Assembly: GCA_001563905.1 (NCBI GenBank)
Contig: LKMO01000002.1
Location: 3,397-67,396, forward strand
DNA: 64,000 bases
Reading direction: 5' to 3'
From: Nanohaloarchaea archaeon B1-Br10_U2g19
Lineage (GTDB): Archaea; Nanohalarchaeota; Nanosalinia; Nanosalinales; Nanosalinaceae
In this document: piece by piece, positions 9,951 through 17,398 of the stretch
Position numbering within the stretch: position 1 is the stretch's first letter
Layout of the letters: each line of letters opens with the position of its first letter
Notes under the pieces: model-generated
The model's input: the letters and a program-made list of their open reading frames with translations, nothing else
Told to the model about the DNA's origin: nothing
Database searches by the model: none
Translations under genes and position numbers: made by a program

Positions 9951-10910
9951 ATGTCTGAGTTCTCTGTGGACAAACTTGAACCTGGAAAAGATCAGGAACA
10001 GTTCTACAGTTTCTGGGATAAAGCTTCAGAGACCGGAGAAGCCGGCTCAGGGCATCTAGCGTATGAACAGGACTGGTACGATGTGTATGGGCTCGAGAAC
10101 AGTGATGGGCTTCAAGGAATAGGGGCTGTACATACAGGACCGGTTAAAGGATTGTCGCATGCATTTATACTGCCTTCAGAGAGAGGTAAAACTCAGGAAG
10201 GGAAATCGCTTTTCAGATACTTGGTTCAACAGAGAATAGAGGCAGTAAATGATGATAATTTCGGTTTCAAGACAGATGCGACAACACGCCATCCTATGAC
10301 GCAACATGTTTTTGAGACAGAAGAGTTCGGTATTACTGGTTATGAGCCTTCTGCCAACGATTTCATGCCTTCGTATATACAGTTCAAAAACCCGGGGTCA
10401 GAAAGTGTGAAACCTGAAAAAATTACTGTGCCTAAGGGTGCTGAAGACTTGATAAATAATGTTTATGCTGATGGAGCTCCTACAGGAGTTTCTGGAGAAA
10501 CCTTGGGGTATGACTTAGGGTTTTCTCATATCTGTTCTGAGGATAATCCTGGAGAGGTAGCTTACTTTAAGTTCAAAGATGGTGAAAAAGAGTTAGAAGA
10601 GGTTTTAGAGCCGTTAAGAGAGCTTTATAATGAAGGTTATAGAAATATGCAAGTAATGATTGACTTGGAGGATCCTGGTTCTGAAAGATTTGTTGAACAG
10701 CTTATATCGGAAGGATTTGTTCCTACAGGGATCGAAGACCCTTTCTATCCAATTAAAGATACTGAAATAGCGCTTTCGCGTTTAGAACAGCCTGACGAGG
10801 ACGTTTATGTTACAGAGAATTCATTAGAGTTTATTGGTGATATAGGTTTAGATTATGATATCAAGGCAGAAGACAGGTCGTACAAGATTGATGTGCTGCC
10901 GACAATATAA
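9951..10910 (+). CDS. Hypothetical protein, possible GNAT acetyltransferase fold
   Basis: LSHAFILPSERGK resembles the GNAT acetyl-CoA motif A; otherwise divergent. Confidence 0.5.
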   Translation: MSEFSVDKLEPGKDQEQFYSFWDKASETGEAGSGHLAYEQDWYDVYGLENSDGLQGIGAVHTGPVKGLSHAFILPSERGKTQEGKSLFRYLVQQRIEAVNDDNFGFKTDATTRHPMTQHVFETEEFGITGYEPSANDFMPSYIQFKNPGSESVKPEKITVPKGAEDLINNVYADGAPTGVSGETLGYDLGFSHICSEDNPGEVAYFKFKDGEKELEEVLEPLRELYNEGYRNMQVMIDLEDPGSERFVEQLISEGFVPTGIEDPFYPIKDTEIALSRLEQPDEDVYVTENSLEFIGDIGLDYDIKAEDRSYKIDVLPTI

Positions 10911-10951
10911 TAAACGAATTTTTAATATACCTCCTTTGTTAAGAACTTTGT

Positions 10952-11419
10952 ATGTCCGACCATCCTTTTGTTGATGAAGCTGCCAGAAAGTCTACAACTA
11001 TAGTTACAAAACACTCTATAGCTATCCCGGAAGATGAACAGAAGTACAAGAAGAGTCAGAGAGCCTGGAACTGGGAAAAGATCGTCGACCTATTTTTCCC
11101 GATAGAACAGTCCAAAAAACGGAACAAGTATGCCAAAATATTCCTGAGAGAGCTTAAAGAGGAAGGAGAAATCGATTCAGAAAAACTAAATGCTTTTGAT
11201 GAATGGGGGCATGAAAAAGGAAAGTCTAACTTGAAAAACAATATTCTGCCTAAATTAAGGCGTCTAGGAGTGATTAAATACGAATACTTGGAGTACCGTG
11301 ATCGTCGTGAAGGCAAACAAGGCCGTCGTAAAGTAATAAAACCGGCTCGAAGTTTCTCATCGATACTTGAATCTATGGCTAACGGCTGGGCTGCCTACGA
11401 ATCTGCTGCAATGGAATGA
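10952..11419 (+). CDS. Basic, probable nucleic-acid-binding protein (winged-helix-like)
   Basis: K/R-rich compared with neighbours; NILPKLRRLGVIKY helix followed by a wing-like segment. Confidence 0.6.
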   Translation: MSDHPFVDEAARKSTTIVTKHSIAIPEDEQKYKKSQRAWNWEKIVDLFFPIEQSKKRNKYAKIFLRELKEEGEIDSEKLNAFDEWGHEKGKSNLKNNILPKLRRLGVIKYEYLEYRDRREGKQGRRKVIKPARSFSSILESMANGWAAYESAAME

Positions 11420-11925
11420 GATAGCTATACCTATCCGGATAGGAGCTTCTTTCTGCAGCGCTGCTCTACTATTTTAAAGAGCGGTTGCGGCTAATACTTC
11501 GGCTTCGGAACTGACTTCTGTTTCATGACGGAGGTTTGTCTCCTGCTGCGCCTGAAGTTCCGCTTCGAAGTTTCGCGTGTTTGCGTTAATCGTTTGTACA
11601 CCTTTTTTGTGATTCGTTTTTGTACTGTGTTGACGGAGTGATTAGATAAGGTCCGGAGACAAGCCCTACCTAGCAAGCAAGACTTGTCTCGTAGAATTCC
11701 AACGGTGTAAGTGGTGACAGGTTGAGAGTGTTGGAATACTTTTCTGGTGTTTTTAGTTTTTCGCGGTCCGCCCGATTACCCCCGTATCTTGGAGGTCAAG
11801 GCGTCATCCCACTTCACTCTTCCAGATATCTAATAATTTTGGAGAAGTTAGCCTTGACCCTGGTAAAGTTACAGCTCACGGGCATCAGATGCATTCCGTT
11901 AAACTGATTCAGGGTCAAACTCATT
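11420..11925 (-). ncRNA. Putative large structured RNA (tmRNA-like hypothesis)
   Basis: No canonical gene in a ~540-nt gap; multiple stems, including a 16-bp hairpin (11656-11690) with four G.U pairs only on the minus strand; upstream BRE/TATA-like element. Confidence 0.6.
11474..11590 (-). other. Reading frame without ATG/GTG/TTG: (IN)ANTRNFEAELQAQQETNLRHETEVSSEAEVLAATAL*
   Basis: Hand translation; acidic, codon-biased frame with an in-frame TAA upstream and no canonical start. Confidence 0.5.
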
Positions 11926-11948
11926 ACTGAACTATTTGAAACCGATCC

Positions 11949-11962
11949 TTTTAAGTATTTCG
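11949..11962 (-). promoter_or_regulatory. BRE/TATA-like promoter for the structured RNA
   Basis: Minus strand CGAAATACTTAAAA about 30 nt upstream of the first stem. Confidence 0.4.
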
Positions 11963-11964
11963 TA

Positions 11965-12714
11965 TTACTCGACGTGTTTAAGGAAGAAACGCTCGTCTAA
12001 ACGTCTGTGAACCTCTTCTAGAACGTCTTGAAGGTTTACAGCGTCGTACCGGTTGTAGCGCATAAGTTTGTCGAGAGCTTCTTTGTCACCGTTTTTCTCG
12101 TACTTTTTCCAGAGCTTTATTGCTTCACGGCCGTCAATATCTTCAAGCTCTCTGTTAATCTTCAGATCCTTCTCTATCTTCTTTAGACCTCCTGATAGAC
12201 CTATTCTCTTACAGGTATGCATTAAGTCGATGTGAGGAGTATCTATATTCAGATCAAAGTTTTTCTCTAGGAAAGGCTGGTCAAACATCTTTCCGTTGAA
12301 GGAGACAAGCACTTTTGATTCGTGGAACTCTTTCTCCAGTCTTTCTCTTGTAAGGTCTTGGCCGCGGACTAGTGTTGTTGATTCTCCGTTTCTGTAGAAG
12401 CTTACTGTTGTTACTTTGTTTCTTTTGGCGTCGAGTCCGGTGGTCTCGATATCGAAGAAGCATGCTGAGTCTTCAAAGTTTCTGTACATGCGCCAGGTAG
12501 ATTTGCTGGGAAGTTTACTTCCGAAGAAAACACTGTTTCCGACTTCCAAGTTTTTTCTTGCGGTCTCTACAAACTCTGATATTTTCTGTTTCTTGTTTTC
12601 TGTTAGAGAACAGTTATCTATTTTGTCCCAGTGAGTTACTCCTTGTTTCCAGAGTTTCTGTTCGGTTTTCTGTCCTATACCGGGTATCATTATGAAGCTG
12701 TTTTCAATCCGCAT
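11965..12714 (-). CDS. YprB-like RNase H-fold exonuclease with N-terminal HhH
   Basis: IPGIGQKTE HhH; FFDIETTGL, SFNGKMFD, HIDL and YNRYDA motifs. Confidence 0.85.
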   Translation of the reverse strand: MRIENSFIMIPGIGQKTEQKLWKQGVTHWDKIDNCSLTENKKQKISEFVETARKNLEVGNSVFFGSKLPSKSTWRMYRNFEDSACFFDIETTGLDAKRNKVTTVSFYRNGESTTLVRGQDLTRERLEKEFHESKVLVSFNGKMFDQPFLEKNFDLNIDTPHIDLMHTCKRIGLSGGLKKIEKDLKINRELEDIDGREAIKLWKKYEKNGDKEALDKLMRYNRYDAVNLQDVLEEVHRRLDERFFLKHVE

Positions 12715-12756
12715 AAAGAAAAATAATAGAAAAATAATGTTAAGAAAAGAGAGGGT

Positions 12757-12954
12757 TTATCGAGAAGCTCTGATGTCGCTTGCCTGTACTGTCTTTCTGC
12801 CTGCGTGTTCAGCGTACTGTTTGGAATCTCGTGCCCTTTCTTCAGCATGTCTCTCAAGTTCGTCTCTTAGTTCTTGTACTGCATCTTCTGAAACTCTGTG
12901 AGCTCCTGCTTGTTTGATGATTCTCTTGACTGGTGCAAGTGGTAGTTCTGCCAT
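12757..12954 (-). CDS. Archaeal histone (HMf-type)
   Basis: LPLAPVKRIIK...RVSEDA...HAGRKTVQASD; strong GGAGGTGA SD. Confidence 0.95.
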   Translation of the reverse strand: MAELPLAPVKRIIKQAGAHRVSEDAVQELRDELERHAEERARDSKQYAEHAGRKTVQASDIRASR

Positions 12955-13194
12955 GTTATGTTCACCTCCTTGTGAAAAGCTTGTGCTTTCTTATAATGGA
13001 ATACTGTCCGACGCCTTATAAATATAGTGGGGGGTTTAGAACCGTTCAATTACGTATCGGTTAAATCTCCAAACCCTTGCAGTATATCCAACAAGTCTGG
13101 AACCCTTTGAACAGGCTCCAGATGTTGAAACAAGTCTGTTAATTCAGAAAGCCATAAACCGAACTCTACACAACACCACATATTTTTTCAGTGG

Positions 13195-13857
13195 TTAAAC
13201 CTGCTTGAGCTCCACGCTGATTTCCTCATCAATCTCAGCTACACCATAATAACCTTCCATAACAGGACCAGGATTAACTAGGACTGTGCCATTAATTTCA
13301 TCTCTACCACGAGACTCATGGATATGACCGGTCAACAGCAGGTCAAACTCTTTGTTTTCCAGTAGTTCACGTACCTCTTCACTTCCAACATGATCGCCAT
13401 CCGCCTTGTCAAGCTCAGTATTATGTGGAGGCTGATGTATAACCGCGACACGTTTATCAGCATTCATTCTGTCATAAAGAGTTTCCAAAGCATTCTGTAT
13501 TTCGGAGCCTTCAGGTTCAAAAGGTGTTCCAAAAGGTGTCTGTCCGCCACCGAAGCCTACTGCCTCAAACGTTTCGAAAGCTGCAATCTTCTTATGAAGG
13601 TTCATACGACGTTCAATCAACTGTTTCACACAGTCCTGTTCAGGATCCATGTTTCCAGGAACGGCTTTAGTCAGTCCGCTTCCCTCATCGAAAACATCTA
13701 AAACCTGTTTAAGCTGTTCGTTATAGTCATCAAACTCGTTGTCATCACTCAGATCTCCTGCACATAGAACAGCATCAAAGCTTTCTCGAGAAACAATCTG
13801 TTCAAGGTTTTCCGTATCACCGTGTATATCAGTTACCAGTAAAACTCTCATACACAA
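13195..13857 (-). CDS. Metallophosphoesterase (Icc-related)
   Basis: DIHG, AGDL, PGNMD, HQPP and GHIHE motifs. Confidence 0.88.
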   Translation of the reverse strand: MCMRVLLVTDIHGDTENLEQIVSRESFDAVLCAGDLSDDNEFDDYNEQLKQVLDVFDEGSGLTKAVPGNMDPEQDCVKQLIERRMNLHKKIAAFETFEAVGFGGGQTPFGTPFEPEGSEIQNALETLYDRMNADKRVAVIHQPPHNTELDKADGDHVGSEEVRELLENKEFDLLLTGHIHESRGRDEINGTVLVNPGPVMEGYYGVAEIDEEISVELKQV

Positions 13858-13932
13858 GTAGTTAGTATTCCAGAGATTTAATTTGTTGGCGGTCCGTCTT
13901 TACTTAACTTTCGAGTTCAAAAAACTGGTTAT

Positions 13933-16344
13933 ATGACAAGTCTAGAAATCCAGTTAATCGATACCGACTACCAGGTTGAGGACGGAGAGGTCTTTATCAG
14001 AGGGTTCGGTAAGACCTCTGAGGATGAGAATATTCTGTTTTATGATAGAGAGTTCCTACCGTATCTTTATGCGGTACCTGAAAAAGAGGTAGAACTAGAT
14101 GAGTTGAAACAGAAGATTGAGGATACAGAGTTCAGCAATGAAGACACAGATATACCGGTTAGAAACTTAGAGAAGAAAAGCTTGATAGATGGAAGCGAAG
14201 AGATAGAGGTTCTAAAAGTATTTTCAAGTATACCTGCTATGATTCCTAAACTCAAAAACGAGTTATGGGATCTCCCGGAAATAAACGAGTGTAGAGAGTT
14301 CGATATACCGTTTTACAGACGTTACTTGATTGACAAAGATATCAGGCCAGGTTCATGGATTGAAGTTCAAGGAGAAGAGGAAGAAGGAGATTTAGACCAG
14401 GTTTTAGACGTAGAAAGTATTGAGACCGGTATAGAGAAGGATGAAGATATTAACTGGTATACAGTTGCCTTCGATTTGGAGGTTTACCAAGAGGAAATCA
14501 TAATGGTTTCTCTCTATGCTGAAGACTTTGAGAAAGTTATTACAACTGAAGAAATTGATAGAGACTTTGTTGAAACTGTTGAGAACGAAGAAAAGTTAAT
14601 TAAGCGTCTAGTAGAGATAATAGAAGACAGAGATGTCGATATTCTAACAGGATACAATACTGATGAGTACGACTTTGACGTCCTAAGAAACCGTGCAGAA
14701 CACTACAACTTGACTTTAGCGATGGGGCGTGACGGCGAAAGAATGAAGTTCAACCGTAGAGGCCGTTTCAAAGGAGCCCGGCTAAAAGGAAGAATGCATC
14801 TAGATATCTATCCTTTTGTCTCGCACGTTCTGGCGCCAGGACTAGACTCAGAGACACTGGATCTGGACTCTGTATCTGAAGAACTTCTAGGCCTCAACAA
14901 AGACGATATGTCCTGGGAGGAGATGAAAACCTCCTGGAAAAACAAAGAAGACTTGGAGAAGTTCTCCGACTATGCTCTGAAAGACTCGGAGCTAGCCTTC
15001 AAGCTTACTGAGGAGCTGGTTCCGCAGATACTAGAGCTTTCAGAGATAACAGGCCTGATACCTTTCGATGCTTGCAGACTGACTTACGGACAGCTTACCG
15101 AAAACTTTCTTCTCAGAGAAGCTTCTGAAAGGGATATAATTGCTTCGAACAGACCTTCTCAAGATAAGAGAAGTAAGAGAAGACGCCAAGATGCTTACTC
15201 CGGAGGATTTGTTTATACTCCGGAAGCAGGGCTCTACAGAGAGATCGGCTTATTCGACTTCAAGTCACTGTATCCAACAGTAATGGTAGCACATAACATC
15301 TCTCCGGATACGTTAAACATTGAGGACTGTGAAGACCGTTTCAGTCTAGAAGAGTTCGACTACAACTTCTGTCAAGATGAACCCGGTTTCTTCCCTGAAC
15401 TAGTCAGAGAGCTGGTTGAAGACCGTTCTAAAATTAAGGAAAAGATGAAGAATTTAGATGAAGACAGCCAGGAATACAAGTCGCTAGATAACCGGCAACA
15501 AGCAGAAAAAATACTTGCAAACTCGTTTTACGGCTATCTAGGTTATAGCGGTGCAAGATGGTACTCAAGAGAGTGTGCCGAGGCCACAACATATATGGGA
15601 AGAGAATATATTCACGATACTATTGAGATAGCTGAAGAAATGGATTTTGAAGTAGTCTACGGGGATACGGATTCTGTTCTGCTCGAAGTTGAAGATATAG
15701 AAGACAAAGCAGACTCATTCCTCGAAAAAGTTAACAGCGATCTACCCGAGTTTATGAAGCTGGAGCTGGAAGGAATATTCAAAAGAGGATTTTTCACTTC
15801 AACAGACTCTGGAGAAGGAGCTAAGAAGAAGTATGCTCTCTTAGCTGAAAACGGAGATATGAAGATAACAGGCTTCGAACAGGTAAGAAGAGACTGGAGT
15901 CCTGTAGCCAAAAAAACCCAGAAAAAAGTTTTGAGAAAGGTACTGGAAAACGATGTTGATGGCGCGGTTGAAGAAGCTAAAAAAACCGTAGAGGATCTTA
16001 GAGAAGGTAAAATACCTGTGGAAGATCTGAAGATCTATACTACGTTAACTAAAAAACCTGAGAACTATGGGTCAACAGCTCCTCATGTAGAAGCCGCTAA
16101 AAAAGCAATCAGACGTGGTGAGGATATAGGGCCTGGAGATACCATAGCATATGTTATAACTAGAGGAGGAGGCACAATATCTTCAAGAGCAGAAACTATT
16201 GAGTATGCTCAAGACTACGATTCCGATTACTATATAGAGAATCAGGTCTTACCGGCAGCCATAAGAGTTCTAAAGGTGTTTGGTTACACTGAAGGTCAAC
16301 TGAAAGGAGAGGGCAAACAGAGCGGACTAGGAAGATTTAGTTAG
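13933..16344 (+). CDS. polB: Family B DNA polymerase, intact exonuclease and polymerase motifs, no intein
   Basis: FDLEV, YNTDEYD, DFKSLYPT, KILANSFYGY and YGDTDS motifs. Confidence 0.95.
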   Translation: MTSLEIQLIDTDYQVEDGEVFIRGFGKTSEDENILFYDREFLPYLYAVPEKEVELDELKQKIEDTEFSNEDTDIPVRNLEKKSLIDGSEEIEVLKVFSSIPAMIPKLKNELWDLPEINECREFDIPFYRRYLIDKDIRPGSWIEVQGEEEEGDLDQVLDVESIETGIEKDEDINWYTVAFDLEVYQEEIIMVSLYAEDFEKVITTEEIDRDFVETVENEEKLIKRLVEIIEDRDVDILTGYNTDEYDFDVLRNRAEHYNLTLAMGRDGERMKFNRRGRFKGARLKGRMHLDIYPFVSHVLAPGLDSETLDLDSVSEELLGLNKDDMSWEEMKTSWKNKEDLEKFSDYALKDSELAFKLTEELVPQILELSEITGLIPFDACRLTYGQLTENFLLREASERDIIASNRPSQDKRSKRRRQDAYSGGFVYTPEAGLYREIGLFDFKSLYPTVMVAHNISPDTLNIEDCEDRFSLEEFDYNFCQDEPGFFPELVRELVEDRSKIKEKMKNLDEDSQEYKSLDNRQQAEKILANSFYGYLGYSGARWYSRECAEATTYMGREYIHDTIEIAEEMDFEVVYGDTDSVLLEVEDIEDKADSFLEKVNSDLPEFMKLELEGIFKRGFFTSTDSGEGAKKKYALLAENGDMKITGFEQVRRDWSPVAKKTQKKVLRKVLENDVDGAVEEAKKTVEDLREGKIPVEDLKIYTTLTKKPENYGSTAPHVEAAKKAIRRGEDIGPGDTIAYVITRGGGTISSRAETIEYAQDYDSDYYIENQVLPAAIRVLKVFGYTEGQLKGEGKQSGLGRFS

Positions 16345-16378
16345 CTTATAAGAGTTAATGCTTTAATTAGGAACTGTT

Positions 16379-16678
16379 ATGAAAGATTTCAACAGCAGCA
16401 AAACTATTATGCCGGAGCCAGAAACCTATAAACAAGGTACCGAAGACTTGAAAACAGAGGTTGAAACGCTTCTAGATTATTCAGAAACGCCTGTGAGCTC
16501 CGAAGAAGTATATGATCATTTCGAGTCCGATTTCAGCGAAGAAGATAACTTCTACTCTGAAGACGAGCTAAGCTATGTTGCAGACGCACTAGTGCAGCTA
16601 AGAAGAGAAGAAGCTATTGAACAAACAGCCTTCTTGAAAGAAGATGGTGCTAAGATAGGTTACAGACTATCTGAATAA
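16379..16678 (+). CDS. Small acidic hypothetical protein, possibly wHTH
   Basis: 99-aa ORF with helix-turn-helix/wing-like pattern. Confidence 0.55.
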   Translation: MKDFNSSKTIMPEPETYKQGTEDLKTEVETLLDYSETPVSSEEVYDHFESDFSEEDNFYSEDELSYVADALVQLRREEAIEQTAFLKEDGAKIGYRLSE

Positions 16679-16697
16679 ACTTTTCCTTTACTTTCTA

Positions 16698-17357
16698 TTA
16701 TTTGAATACTTCTCCAGTTTCCATAGACCATAGAACAAGGTCTAAAGCTTTAACATCGATACCTGTTTCTTTTGCAAGATCCTGCATCTTTCTCTCGATT
16801 TCTAGATAGCTTTCTTGGTCGGAGGGTTGATCTAGCTTTTCAATGTAGTCCAGCTCGTATAGTTTGCTCACAATACGGCTCGAAATTATTGCAAAGCTGT
16901 TACCGTATCCGATATTCCTAAGGAAATGTGATCCTCCTTTCCAGCTTAAACCGTTAATATTCTCAACAAACCATTTACGGGTCTGATCCAGATTATCTGG
17001 TTTGATACGGTCTTTAAGCTTCAGGTTTCCGGAAGGATCTGTTAAAGTTGGCTGAGATAGTTTTTTCCGGTTCTCAACTATGTAAGAGGCTTTATTTCTT
17101 TCATACTGGATATCATGTAGTTCCAGGATTCTTGCGATCTCTTCTTTCTCACTGCTTTCTAAGAGATCTAGTTCATCAAGCTTTTCTGTAGCTTTCCAAG
17201 ATTTTTTTGCAGAGCTCTGAGATGTAAGAATTACGAAAACCAGCTCTTTGAACAGTCTTTTGTTGTCTGCGTCTCTAAGCTTCTCAAAATCATCTAAGCG
17301 ACTATCGATAACGTCTTTGTTCTCTTTGTAATGGCTTAAGATTTTCTGTTTATCCAT
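16698..17357 (-). CDS. ogg: Ogg2-type N-glycosylase/DNA lyase homolog
   Basis: ELVFVILT, K-x-x-SHFLRNIG, LDLVLW..ETGEVFK; catalytic Asp position appears substituted. Confidence 0.8.
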   Translation of the reverse strand: MDKQKILSHYKENKDVIDSRLDDFEKLRDADNKRLFKELVFVILTSQSSAKKSWKATEKLDELDLLESSEKEEIARILELHDIQYERNKASYIVENRKKLSQPTLTDPSGNLKLKDRIKPDNLDQTRKWFVENINGLSWKGGSHFLRNIGYGNSFAIISSRIVSKLYELDYIEKLDQPSDQESYLEIERKMQDLAKETGIDVKALDLVLWSMETGEVFK

Positions 17358-17398
17358 AGAGTGTAAAAGAGATTGCTAGAGTTTAAACTCTTGTTCTG

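Noticed and set aside
10952..11419. SmpB assignment based on size and basic charge
   Set aside because: No SmpB motifs (N-terminal NKKA..Y, EAG..L.G.EVK, RKLLLH) are visible
11491..11907. ORF-track ORFs 11491-11676 (-) and 11722-11907 (+)
   Set aside because: Non-ATG starts, composition unlike the acidic proteome, and they overlap RNA stems; likely spurious
11420..11925. RNase P RNA or SRP RNA identity for the structured region
   Set aside because: Fragments such as GAAGUUCCGC (+), ACAGAAG (-) and CAGGCGCAGCAG (-) occur, but not in the order, strand or pairing needed for P4 or SRP helix 8. A covariance search is still needed to exclude them fully.
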